Positions 10,824 through 38,300 of a stretch of DNA of 64,000 bases are shown one piece after another (positions within the stretch are counted from its first letter, which is position 1; the number at the start of each line of letters is the position of its first letter). Source of the stretch: Tubulanus polymorphus (Eukaryota; Animalia; Nemertea). Below the pieces are notes generated by a model. That model had not been told where the DNA came from. It was given only the letters and a program-made list of their open reading frames with translations, and searched no databases. A program made the position numbers and the translations under genes. Location of the stretch: the NCBI RefSeq assembly GCF_964204645.1, contig NC_134033.1, positions 14,020,655 to 14,084,654 of the forward strand, read 5' to 3'.

Positions 10824-12570
10824 ATGAGTGAAGAAGCAGCCAAGTCGATTGTGAGGCCAAACAAGACCAAGAAGGCCGGTCGGTAAGTGATAAGCTCTTG
10901 AAATAGATTTTCAGATCCAGCGCCGCGGGCGAAATCAAGATCAAGTCAGTGTGGGTTAGTGTGGTGAGACTGGGTCCACAACAACTATAGTATATCTGGT
11001 TTTTGAATCCAAGTTGGTCATCTTGGTCACATAACATCGACGCTGAAGATGTCATGGGCATATTTCATGCTTGCAAACAGAAGGCACCAAATTAAAAAAT
11101 TTGGTTTTTGTTGACGTCTAAATAATGTGCCCAGAAAAATCATCTATTATAACCAGTTCTTGAATAGTTTCAAAGTACCAGATAATCCCCACGTTGTGCG
11201 TATTTCTATCGAGTAAGTTAGCCTGTACGATTAACTGTACTGTCAATTATTTGTAGATTATATTGTAAAGCAGTTTTCACTGGTTACAAACGAGGTCTGA
11301 GAAACCAACATGAAAACACGGCTCTGCTCAAAATAGAAGGCGTTATCAAGAAGGAACACACTCCGTTCTACATGGGAAAAAAGTGCGCTTACGTTTATAA
11401 GGCTAAAAAGTAAGTTCTTTCGTCAATAAAACCTGGAAAAAATTGGAATTATGATAATGCCATTGACCATGCAATCAATAGGTGATTTGTGAAAATAAAA
11501 TAAGTTGTGTTAACTAAGGCTAAACAAAAATGATACCTTGTTTCTCCGCAGCGGCCGGGTCATTTTTGTAAAATATGATAAAATTTGTAAACAGTTCATT
11601 TCTATAGCGGCCGGGTCTGTTATGGTAAAATTGATCACGATTTTAAAAAAAGTAATGTATAGCGTAGATAGGCGGCCGGCCGGGTCAACATTTAAGCTCA
11701 GCAGAGTGGAGAAACAAGGTATCAATTTTTTTTAGCCTAAAATATTTCTCCATCCACTTGACATTGATTCACTCAGAATAATGAGTTAGACAGGAGCTAG
11801 CTACCAAGGGAACGTAAAAATGGTGGGAAAGTGGCCACCCCCTGTGCTGGAGTGTACATATGGGTTATTGGTGAACTGTCCTCAGGTCAGCGGCAAGACC
11901 GAACTCAAGTTACAGGGGCTATTCCGTGACTGTAACTACAGCCAAACCTGCCTAATCCAGATTGGCTTAATCCAGATTTCGGTCTAGACGGTCATTTGTG
12001 GATTGCTCACTAATATACAAGAAAATGATGTCAAGCAGATGAATTTTGTTGGTCCAAAATGATCCGAATTTAGCGGATTCTACTGATATCGGTAATCAGT
12101 AAGTTTGTATTGTAATTGTATTTTCTAGTAAGACGACGTGTCCGGGACACGACAAAACCAGTCGTATCCGAGTAATCTGGGGTAAGATCACTCGACCTCA
12201 CGGTAACAGTGGAGCCGTACGAGCCAAGTTCGCACGTAATTTACCGGCTAAAGCTATGGGTCGACGTATCAGAGTGGTAAGTCTATGCACCTTGAAGTAG
12301 TTTAAACTGAAATCCTTTAAAATGGAATTATCAACTCAAACTGGTCTCCATTCATTTGAGTTTGGAGCGATTAGTCTACTGTATCTATAAAACTTCCATT
12401 GTCTTTATTTATTATTGGCTAAATCAATCCCAATTTTCTAGTAGCAGCTTTGATTATTACGAGCTTGATTGATAATTATTGAACGAAAATAAGTGGCAAG
12501 TTATTAGTTTTCCTGAATTCATAGTGAATTATTTGTTTTTTTACAGATGCTGTACCCGTCTAACATCTAA
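10824..12570 (+). CDS. RPL35A: 60S ribosomal protein L35a (eL33), 127 aa, 4 coding exons
   Basis: Exons 10824-10882, 11257-11409, 12129-12276, 12547-12570 (384 nt). Protein contains [50 protein letters not shown] and GRRIRVMLYPSNI*; AATAAA follows the stop. Confidence 0.97.
11518..11737. mobile_element. MITE with GG termini and TAA target duplication (Zator/Harbinger-like) in RPL35A intron
   Basis: TIR GGCTAAACAAAAATGATACCTTGTTTCTCC / GGAGAAACAAGGTATCAATTTTTTTTAGCC; TAA on both flanks; three internal CGGCCGGGTC copies. Confidence 0.8.
11939..12086. mobile_element. Degenerate pogo/Tigger-type MITE in RPL35A intron
   Basis: TA|CAGCCAAACCTGCCTAATCCAG ... CCGAATTTAGCGGATTCTACTG imperfect inverted termini. 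Confidence 0.55.
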
Positions 12571-13499
12571 ATAAAGCTGTAAATTGAAAATAAACAAGAG
12601 AAAAATAATTTCAGATTCTGGGTCTTTTTCTTTTTGTTTCGGTAGTTCTCAATATTCATTTCACATTCTGGAGCTCGGTGGAGGTTTACCTTCCGTAATC
12701 AAAAAAGCTGATGAGTTTTCTCATCTCAGGTTTCGGACCACCTTTGTCTGAGGATTTCGAAATGGCAAGTACAAGTACGTTAACTGAGTAAGCGGTGATA
12801 CAGACGTGGAGAATAGATAACAGTTTACAACCCAATACATAATTTAAAGAAACAAACTACTTGTATGTTTGGGTTTCAAATTAACTACGGTGATTTTGGT
12901 CAATGATTACCGTAAGGTGCTGCCATCTCGTGATCACTTCCCTTAAAATATACCATATATAGACTGGTTGCCTGTCTCATTCGCGAGAGTGGCCGGTAAC
13001 CAGTCCAATACCGTGCAAAGCCGCCATCTGATTTCTTGGCGGGAAAAAGCTTGTCTCGTCGGTTCGAACCCCAATTACCTGCTTCTTTGGGACCGACCGT
13101 TTGCGGGAAGCTTTATAAGACCTGACAAATGAGAGATAGACGACAAAAATTAGAAAACATTTTGCATTTTGTCACGGACTCGACTCCCTAGCATCACCGA
13201 TAAACTATGCATGACTCACCAGTCGGCCTGCCACCAGAGCCAATTTCTTATAAAACTGTTTTAAACTGACACTCAATATCAATTTAATCGTGCGTAAACT
13301 TTTGGATCCCAATGGCTGCCGTATCTAAAGTAGTAGATGTGTACTTTCCTAAATACTAGCGGCAGCGCGGTGCCGCTTTCTTTGACTCCGTATTGAACTT
13401 TGATGATTAATAATTTATCGCTGAGTCTCACCCGGGGTCACGAATGAATGAATGTAGGTAACGCCGATGTGGTGGACTGGGTGGTTTCACCCGGCACGC

Positions 13500-13739
13500 A
13501 ACTAGTGACGCATAATCAGGGAATCCCTCCACCTCTCATCGTCTGCAGCGCGCGTCACTGTTGCTGCATACTCCATGCGCTCTGGTGGTGATTTCGCTCA
13601 GCTCGGCTCTCCGATATAAAATTGGCATTATTTATTTCCGGGTGTTTCCTTGTCACGTGACCGACCGTCTGCCACAACCGGCGAAAAGCAAGCGACAGCA
13701 TCAGCAGCAGCAGAAGGATCGCTTGGGAAACTACAGATC
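13500..13739 (+). promoter_or_regulatory. Putative distal promoter and 5'UTR of the SDR gene
   Basis: CpG-rich segment; TATAAA at 13615-13620; palindromic E-box GTCACGTGAC at 13652-13661. Confidence 0.5.
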
Positions 13740-28006
<14,267 letters not shown>

Positions 28007-31000
28007 ATCTACGAAAGATCGTCGAAAAGAAATTGTACGCGATTTTATTTTTCCAAAGAGACATTCTTACGTTTAACCGAACAACATTCTACATACAAAA
28101 TACATAAAATACATGTTTATAGAAAAATCCGCACAGAGACATACCGGTACAAACTTTTATGTATTACTTTATAACTATATATACGTATATACTTTACCAG
28201 TGCATCATCACTTTAATGATATCCGATATTAGATGATAATATATTTATTTTCTTTTTCTCGCGAATGCACGCGCGCGCGCGGAGGTAAAGCCGTCTGCCA
28301 GTCATCACATACGTATACCACGTGCCCGCGAGTCTCTATTCCGGGCTATCGCTTTTTATAGAGAAACGGTATTATTTTCGTAAATAGGGATAGAAGATAG
28401 TGTAAAAGGAAATTATTTGAGTATATTCATTTTCTAAATTAGCGGCTAAAAGGTAACACCTGCTGATACGTGATTGTACGCCACCTATATTTCAGCTTAA
28501 AAGTTAAATGACCGGTGTATGTCTGACTGAATAGCACGCGCATTTTAGACTTCCTGTAAATGCTAATGGGCTTCATGTGTAACATTTGCCGGGGACTAAG
28601 TCCTCTTTGTGTGTGTATGCGTGTGTATGTGTGGGTGCATTTCGTAAACGATAACGGAGATCTTAATAATTTCTAGAAGCAAATCTTCGATTTTATCGGA
28701 ATTCGTTGTTTGCACAGCACCGTCGTCGATGGACGATGAATTGTTATTATCGGAATGGTTATTTTGCTTATGGGCAGGATGGTTTTAATTGAACAAATAT
28801 AGGAGCCCGAATCTCATCTCCTTCGCATAGTCTTTTTTCATAATGAAATTTCGAAAATAGGCCCGATTCGAAAAAGAAAAGAAAATGTTTCAATGGTGGT
28901 ATGAATTGATTAGTGGTGGATTTAAACGACTTGTAAAAATGTAATAATGACGATATTATGATATTGATAATAATAATAATAATGGTAACAATTATGATTA
29001 TAAGAATGTATTCATTAATTAGCTGAATTTTAATTCGACATAATTAACTGCAATATTATTTTCAATTTCTACTGCTCGATCGCGTGTCTATGATTGGGTA
29101 CGTGAGTTAATGTGTGGCTTGTACAGTGTATGATGGTTGCTGCGGTACCAAACGAAATGTAACATGGTTGCTTTAATCGTCGACCAAACGAAAAATTATG
29201 TTGTGATATTATATATAGTCTTAAACAAATATTAAAAAAAAAAGGCGGAGGGGGTCGTATCGTGGTACGTATAATGCGTAACCAGGTTGTGCCGCTTTCG
29301 ATTGGGTCCGATGCTGCGGTCGGGACTCTTCGGCGTTTTCCGAGAGATGCCGAAGGCATTTTCTCCAGTGTAAACGCGCGGGAGGTAAACGTTAACTCGT
29401 TATTCAGTGGAAATAATTGTAAAACATTCAAGAGATACTAGATTTCGTAAAACTGAACGAGTCGTTTACAAAATGCCGTCTGCTGCCTCGTTTTGGGACT
29501 CACGAGAAAGCGCGCACTGTCACGTGGTTCAGCGGAGGGCTTAAAATTGTTTTTCTTTTTCACATATACGCGTAAAATGCAAGGCATGCGAGATTTGAGG
29601 GAAAACTCACCGAAAATGATAATATAATATTATAATATATATATACATATACATGAATATATATATATAAACCTAATGATGATAGTGATGTAATAACTGT
29701 TGTAAAATGCTTCCAGTCGAAAAGGATTTTAAAATGAAGAAAAAGCGGACACCGTGTGGAAACCCGTTTTGCGAGTCACTTTTTGAAAATAAGTCTCTCT
29801 CTCTCTCTATCTCTTTCTAAATGTAAACAGCTTGACGCGCTTTAAACATGTTTCCTGTATAGAACATGTTCCTGTTATTCACATGTACATGTGTACATAA
29901 TACATAAACCATGTGCATTTTGTGTCTTCCACAAAGCCAAATACTGAATATACTCCGTGATTCAAAAACTAGATTTTAAACGCCCCCGCCCTATCGTTGA
30001 AAGTGATGTTGTATTTTTGCTTGGGAGGTTTCAGTAATGCATGCATGCATGCTTGTCTTGTATGTTTGCCTACGTACGTATATACTTTTTTATGCAAAAA
30101 CAGAGCTCTATTTGTCTGATAATTTACAAGAAAATGTACGGAAAAATGGTCGTGATGATAGAAACCGATGCACTTCAATTTACACTAGTATTTAACCTAT
30201 ACGTAAAATTTTGAAGCAAAATCCCCGAAATACCTTCCATTTTTCTTGAATGTAACAGATATTCCAGATCCCAGTGATATTTTTGTCTGATATTTCAACG
30301 GTTATGTGATGTGTCAGTGAATTACGTGAAGGCTTAGTTCTTTCAATCTGTGATGGTGATGAAATTTTTTGAACTTTCTCAATCCTCTTTTGTATGCAGT
30401 AATATTTATACATCCATACATTTATATATGTTTGCCCATGACATTATGGTTCTGTTCGTTCGTACTGCTGACTGTCAAGGTCGTTTGCTTTGCCGCTAGA
30501 GGTCGCCACACGCTTCCGACTGAATCGAGAGTAGCTCAGATTTTGAGAAAAACATTTTTTCTAAATAAAATCTCTGCCATCCAGTGCCCGCCAGATGGTG
30601 CTGCTCAATGCGGTGGCTTTTCTATGTCCTTTATATTTGATTATTCGGAAAAGATAATTTGTGATAGATTCGTAACCGAACAAAAAGGAACCGTTAATTT
30701 TGAATTGCTTCCTATATTTTTCTATTCATTTTGCTGAGCCTGATACTGTATTAATTTTTGTATCGCATGTTTGTAATAGTCCGTATTCAAGTGACATCGT
30801 ATTGAAAAGTAGAAAAAGGATCGAAAAAACGTATTTTTCTTTTACGCTTTTCTAAAGAAAGATCATAGTTCCAGCCATATTGTAATGCATTATCGCTGCT
30901 TGTGGGCCATATTGAAAAAAAACTCTGATTACCAAGGTGCTTGTATTTAGAATTTAGTCGTATACACGGATTAGTAATAAATGAATTGTAGTAGAAAAAA

Positions 31001-33404
31001 AGATATTTTGATTACGATGAAAATGTGTGAAGAGTTGTTCCGAGATATATTGCGCGTGAAAACATCTGCTTACAAAAAAACAGCAACTAAGAAGGCCACG
31101 ATATATTTTTGTCGACATTTTTCAACTTTTTTTATTTATTGAAAACATATACATGATAACGCGTGTACGAAAAACTAATAGTCGAGTGTGAAAAAGTCAT
31201 ACGCATTTGCGTAGATGTTGTATTTACGAAATGTACGTGAATTGTGTCTAGGTATTTGTGAAAGTTGAACTTGAGCTGAACCAATACGGCTAGGGCGGAA
31301 TTTTGAAGGACCTGTCACATCCCAAAAGGGCAATGTGATGTCCAAAAAGGGCAATACATGTATTAGGGGCGCTGCAACCCTGAAATGCTCCAATTATCTT
31401 TGCTGACAAAATAGATAAGGGCCCTCAAAAAATTTTGACGGACTTGAACAAGTGTCACTTGCTGAAACGAGAAGACAATCATTTGTCTTCCCGGTCCGGT
31501 GAGAATGGACCATCTTTGAGTGCACTTGGGCGTCAGTTTTATACCAAACATTATTCTCACGATTAACTCCTGGTATCCAGTCTCTTCAAAGCCGACCACT
31601 GGCACAGGACGCAGGTTTTATAGACCAGTTTTTCATTTTTAACCTCGAGGTGTAAGTGACTGGTGAATGTGCAAGCAGTTGAACTGTGTATCACCAGTCA
31701 AAAACTGATCCGTAAACCGTGTCCGAAAGACACTCCGACTATCGAGATCTTACTAGTGGACCAACAGCTTATTCTTAATGCCGTAAATTTGAAAGTATTA
31801 AAAAAGCAAGAACATTTTACGAAAAATATTCCTAAAAGCATTTAATGTATCGCTACGTAAAAAAAAATTCATTCGTTGCACGTGTTCCATTTTATCTACT
31901 TTTTAACTAAACCAACAGCTCTCTACACGATTTGTATCAACGTCATCTTGCAAAACGAAAAGTGTTGTCGTTTATGTAATTATTTTTAATCGCATATATT
32001 TTGATAAGAATGAGTTTAAAGCGCTGGTGGTATGATGTAACCGAAACAATGTATGGATGATAATGTAATGTTATCGATATGGTCATAATGAATTATGTAA
32101 ATTTCTATTGATTATCATAATTATTACTATATTGAATTACTATTACTGGATATATGCTATATTATGATGAACTAAAACTGTAACGACTCCCCCTTATTTT
32201 CTGTTTTGAATAATTAAACACGCTGATAAGTACATACTACGATATATATTCTGTTGATAATTGAATGGATGATAATACATTGCGCCCCCTCCTACTCAAT
32301 TATAAATGTTGCTCTGTCGATGTCAAATTGTATCCATTGTGAATAAAATAAAATTAATAAAAATACCATCACTGTAGTGGTAGTTTTTTTGTGGTATCGT
32401 GGATGTTAATCTATTTGCTAGGCCTGCAGCTCGTCTGACGGGTCCCACTCGGATAAACCGTCCTACAGATCAATCATTCCGAGAATTCAAGGACTTTTTA
32501 AGGAGTTTTCAAGGAGAAAACATCAAATTTCGAGGAATCTATGCATTACATTTATATCCCAATTACGATACACTCCTAAATCGGTAAATCGAGGCCAATG
32601 GCTACTAACCAGGCCTAAAATCTAAACATTTTTAAATTGCCAATTTCTCGAAATTCAAGGACTTTCGGGCGTTTTGAAATCGATCAATATAGGTCTATGA
32701 ATAAAGACGTTTCGGGAATAAGAAAAGATAAGATAGATAAGATAAAATAACTTGTTACTCTCCTACCATTTCCATGGTATCTGGAGGGAAAAATAGTTTT
32801 GTTTGTACATTACGTATACCTATGTATTTAGAGAAAACCGTACTTTAAAAATAACAAGGACATTTACAATACATACAATTACAGTGTTCTATTTTCAATC
32901 TACAGGAGGGATCGTTATACCCAAACCATCTTTGATCAATTGTGCTGATTGGAAATTTGTTGTTTTTAAAATTTTAGTGTGCCAGGGAGCGGTGTTTATT
33001 GCGCACAAGCGTTTGAATGTCATTTGTCAATGTGCACCGCCGCCTTCGTCTGAATTTTTCTTCATATTTATATTGTTCAACAGTTTTTTTCACATCTTAT
33101 TCATCAGTCTGTTGATCAATCCGCGTTTTTATCACACTTTTGGGGTTTCATTCCGGTTTGTAAAAGCTGAATTAGGAGTTTCGTGACGAAATAAACACCG
33201 TCTAATACTGCCCTCTATCGGTAAACCACCTAGCTGCCAGCGGATAACGTTGCGCTCTAGGGAGTGAATTAGTTTTAACATTTTGTTTCGATATCTGCTA
33301 TTCTTTACAACCGACCGGTTCAGAAATCGACCATATTAGTAATTATTAATAACTGATTGCTAGGGTTGAATGAGATAAGGAGTTATCGGGATTTAATTTT
33401 ATCA

Positions 33405-33460
33405 GAAATCACTTCCTGATCGGCTCTCATCTGTGTATTAATGCGCCGCTGCGGAACATG
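33405..33460 (+). promoter_or_regulatory. USP9X promoter and first exon (5'UTR)
   Basis: ETS core CACTTCCTG at 33410; donor ATG|GTAAAT at 33460/33461; CpG-rich flank; next acceptor tttcag at 35259, upstream of the main ATG. Confidence 0.55.
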
Positions 33461-34069
33461 GTAAATTTTCTACGAATTTCTCCCAAAAATCGCTTTATTT
33501 CGAACGTTTTCGATCGTTTAAAAACCCGTCGGCCGTTCCGATACTGGTCGACGCGGGTTGAGGCTGGCTGTCGATGGGTTATGGGTTCGAATCGTCGCCC
33601 GAGTCGCCGCTAATCGACAAAAATACGGTCTAAACTAAGGAAAAAATTTGACGGACGCAGCCATGTTTTTTTAGTCCTGTCATTATTACCACGGATGATT
33701 CTTACGTTTTCGATTTCTCTATTTTGACCCAAATCCATCTCTGAATTATTTTCATGGCCCGACACTGAATACTGAAGTCGCCTTATTTGATGAGTTGTCA
33801 TTTGGACAGCGACTGTCCTTTCAGTTTCATATTTGGTTGGTTGGTTAGTTCCCTACCGTACCAGGTCCAGGTGTAGGGCCTACGTCCACGGCCAGCCTAA
33901 TTCAACAACTCTTCATCCTTCTGCCTAACCTAAAGGAAAGAGAAATGAAGAGTCAAGAGGCTTGAGCGTCCATATAAATACGCACCTATCCATCCTGCAT
34001 GCAACTTAGCAAGCGATAAGTTAGGGTAGGTTAGATCATTTTAGGTTTGTGGGGCACAATGGGTTATGT

Positions 34070-35024
34070 GGCGCTATTGCACTTTCGTACCCCCCTCCCA
34101 AAAATTTTTAATTTAGCATATTTATTATCAGGGAGGTCTAAGGATTCAAAATCAGTAACTTTTGACCCAAAAACCTACTTTTTCTGGGTTACAATCTTGT
34201 TATTTTGGGCCCTAAATCGCGTGTAAATTCGCGGATTCTCGACGTCAACAACGCCATATTGGATGTCAATCAAAGTTTCTAACCCTCCACTGAAATGTCC
34301 ATCCTCGCTTGCCAGGGGTCCGGTATCACTCCCGAACTCGCTTCCACCAGCCCCCTGGCCTCACGAAGCGTGATTTCATTACTGGCGCTGTTGCGCATGA
34401 CGTCATATATCGATTTGCGAATTACTTCCTTGTTCGGTAAAACGTTCGCTGATTGGTCAATTTAACGGGAAAACCAACAGAAGTCTACTGACGGTTTGTT
34501 ACAAGCGCTGTGATTGGTACGACCGGATTCTGGTCGGCTAGTGACGACTCCAACGACTCGTGAGGTCAAGGGGTTCGGGGAACAGCTTTAGCGTAGTGGG
34601 TTCGAATCCCTTGACGGATGAAGATGTGAAATGTCATGACATTAAAACTTTGCAAAAAACCATGTTTTCAAACATAACCATCTCTGAAAATGACGCGTAT
34701 GTTTGCATTATTTTCATACTTAGCTATTGATTTAAAGATGTTCTGATGAAAAAAAGTTATATGCCCAAAAACGAAATTTTGTCAATTCAATTAAATTTAT
34801 TGAGATATGTTTATTCAGATGTTTGTAGGTGGTAATTAGTGCGGAAACATGGCCGACCCGTCGGTTTGAATCGAGGAAATCGGCCCCAAATTATCAGAAT
34901 TTTGGCTTGGAAAAAATTTTTTTTTTTGTCAAAAGTAATTTATTTTGACTCTACAGACCTCCCTGATTAATAATATACAGAAATGAAAATTTTTGGGAGG
35001 GGGGTACGAAAGTGCAATAGCGCC
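34070..35024. mobile_element. Non-autonomous Merlin-like DNA transposon in USP9X intron 1, carrying a nested MITE (34300-34626)
   Basis: Perfect TIR GGCGCTATTGCACTTTCGTACCCCCCTCCCAAAAATTTT; 8-bp TSD GGTTATGT on both flanks. The nested element has a 9-bp TSD TGAAATGTC. The superfamily call rests only on GG termini plus an 8-bp TSD. Confidence 0.85.
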
Positions 35025-35350
35025 GGTTATGTTGGATGTAAGCTGTCAGGTTTAGAAACAGCCCCCACTGAGGATATCTTGTCATAATTCAATCAGGGAA
35101 TTTGAATTTTTGGTGTCTTGTTCTTGCCAGTGTCGAGTGGCAATTCAGCTTTTGATGAATAACAGGCCGCATTGAGGATATCTTGAAATTGAAGCAGGAA
35201 ATTTGCAAGTTAACGGACGGTCGGGTTTTAGAATAAAAGTTTTCATATTTTCGTTTCAGTGTGCTCGTATAAACATCAAGCACGAACGACGAATATCAAA
35301 AATCATCGACCGATTAAACTCGAACTAACGACGACGGAGACACAGTAACG

Positions 35351-38300
35351 ATGACGATTCTGATGCGCGGCAGCCCGGCCGGAGGAGACTCGCCCTCCGA
35401 TCAACCTCCGACGAACAACGCGACGACGACGACGCAACCGAACGAAGAAACGACCTCCGACGAACAAGACGAGAATAAAGAGGACGTGAAGGTGACGTTC
35501 CCGCTCGACGAACTCGACCGTTTAGACGATATGATCAATCGGCCGCGTTGGGTCGTGCCCGTTTTACCGAAGGGCGAATTAGAAGTTCTTCTCGATTCGT
35601 CGATCGATTTGTGTAAAAAAGGTCGGTTGAATTTAAAAATTTGAATCCGAAGTTTTACGATGCTATTTATCATGCACAGTCCCTACGTCTCCTCGATTCT
35701 TAAAACCTCCTTGCCAAGTTTCCTGAAGCTCCAAAAACCTTGGTACTTGAAATTTTTAGTAAAGGCCACATCCAAGCTAAAAAACTGGACTTCTTAACTG
35801 AAAATGCTGTAAAGGTGCTTGAAACTCCTTTAATTTGAGCAGAATACCTGAAACTCCTTAAAAACCCAGTGATTTCAATAAGAGCCAGGTCCCGGGTCCC
35901 AGACCCGTCTGTTGTTTGCAAAGGATCGCCTGTTTTTTCAAACCAGCTTTCGTTTCAGGGACTGTGACATATTATGGGACCCTCCTGTTTTTCAAAGGGA
36001 CCTGGCTTGTTAATTTCGTATTGAAAACACTGAAACCCCTTCAATTTTTGTGAAAAAGGTTATAATATGCTTACGAAGGACGAATCGTCCTTATTGTCTA
36101 ATCATAAGATTGACGCTTTGTCAGAAACGGAACCCGGAAGTTCGAGAACGTTTTCGTTAATTTCGAATCGCATGAATGCATCGATGATGATTTTCCGTTA
36201 TTGCCAGGTGTTGATATCCATTCTGAGGCGTGTCAGAGATTCTTCAAAGAAGGTCTAACGATATCGTTCACTAAAATCCTCACAGATGAAGCCGTATCCG
36301 GCTGGAAGTATGAAATTCACGTAAGTCGCCCCGAGAGCAGGATGAAATTGTTTTCAAATCGGAAATCTATATAAGTAGAACTTGCAAAATTGTGATCGTT
36401 TGGGATGATATTCATCTGAGCAGTTGTAACTCAAGTCCGAAGTCATCTTCAAATGAAATTGTTAGATTCAAGTTAGATTGGCTATAAATCAGGGTTGCCA
36501 CTAACCTGGAAATCAGGAATAAGTCCGGGAATTTTCTGTTCTTTATGGAAGGAATTTTGTAAAAAAAAAAAAAGAACGGAAAAAGAAATTTGTTGAGATT
36601 GGTAGATTTTGTGTGAAATCAAACAGGTTTCATCTATGTCTTATGTATGTCGCCCTGAATTTTTTTCAAATTGGAGATCTATATATAAAAACTGCTAAAC
36701 GCTGATCGTCTGGGATGGTATTTATCCGATCAGTTATAACTCAAGTCTGAAAGTCATCTTCAAATGAAATTGTTAGATTCAAGTTAGATTGGCCAGAGAA
36801 CTTACACAAGGTGGCCACTTACCTGGAAATCAGGGAATTTTCAGAATTTTGTAAAAAAAAAGAAGAAAACAGCTAGAAATCTGGGAAGAGTCGGAGAAAT
36901 TTGTTGAGATTGCTAAATTTTGCGTGAAATCAAACAGTTTCCGTCTCTGTCTTATGCAATTTGTGAAATTCGAAGTATTAATTTTATTGATTTATTTTCT
37001 TATATACGCAGAGATGTATCATGCGTAACGCCGAACGATTGGTCGAGTTATGCGTCGCTAAGCTACCGCACGACTGGTTTCCATTGTTGGACTTGCTAGC
37101 GATGTTGTTCAGCCCGATGAATAAGTAAGTTTTTTCGAGTATTCAACTTCGGATTCGAATGTTTGAACTTTTTTTTTTGAGAATTTTTTTTTTTTCTCGC
37201 AGATTTCATTCGTATAACGCGACGCGACAGTCAGAAACGTGTCCCGCCGGGGCGCAGTTACCCGACGACGAGTTATTCGCCCGTCCGCCCGATCACCGGA
37301 CACCCAGGGTACGTACGATTACTACACTCTATAAACTCACCGTTGAAATAGTAGCGGAAATATGAGATATCTAAGAATATAGTTCTAGAAATATGAGATA
37401 TCTATAAAATCACGACTGAAATAATACCGAAGTTAATATGATATATCTAGAAATCACCATTGTTATACTATAGCAATGGTATATGTCATATTTCCAATAC
37501 TAAGTATGGAAATATGAGATATCTCAAAAATCACCGTTTTTATACTACTGGATATGTGAGATATTTAAAAATCACCAGTGAAATAGTATGGGAACTGTAA
37601 GCTATGTAACTGTGTAATGTAATTGTAGGGTTGGTTGGTCGATCTCGTCAATAGATTCGGCAGTTTAAACGGGTTTCAACTGTTGTTAGATCGGTTTCAA
37701 GCGGAAAGTCTCAGCGTTCCGGTTATAGCAGCACTCGTCAGGTTTGTATCTAGCGTGAATGGGCACATACGATGTTTTCAGGCTGTAGGGGGCGCTGTTG
37801 AACTTATCGTTGAATTTCGACAAGGTTGGCGATTCGAAAATTTGAATTCGAATTACGAGAGAATCCGCTCGATAAGGATCATATCGGACACCGATCAAAA
37901 TAATCTGGTTTATCGGAAATTTATACGTGAGAAGCGATATCCAGATTAACTTTCAGAATTTCAGTGCGTTGACACCGCAGTGGAGTGTATGAATTAGTGA
38001 TAACATTGCGTCTAATACACCGCATCGTGGTGTCTTGGTGTTACAAGTTATAAGTTTTTACCTATTGAAAGATGGCAGCACCTGTCAAACTCGGTGAAAT
38101 ATTAATAATACTAATGGTACATCGCATCACGGTGTAGACACGGTATAAAACACCCATGTAGAATTTTAGAAATTTTTTGATTATCTCCAGCACTTAAACT
38201 TATTAATTAATCAGCACTGAAAGGGTTTCACATGTTTTAATGGTATTGGGTAATTATTTTTCAGACCGTTCGGTGTTTGTTACGAGGTTCTGACGCCGCA

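Noticed and set aside
11820-11943. RNase MRP or telomerase RNA, or an H/ACA 3' end (GAAAGT..., ACAGGGGCT, hairpin plus ACA)
   Set aside because: The P4 5' strand GAAAGUCCCC is absent and GAAAGTGGCCACCC matches the common MITE end. There is no telomeric template, and the ACA is formed by the TA|CAG junction of the adjacent MITE.
12700-12770. Hammerhead ribozyme (CTGATGAG...CGAAA) downstream of RPL35A
   Set aside because: Stem II is mismatched next to the core and no stem III partner with an NUH triplet was found.
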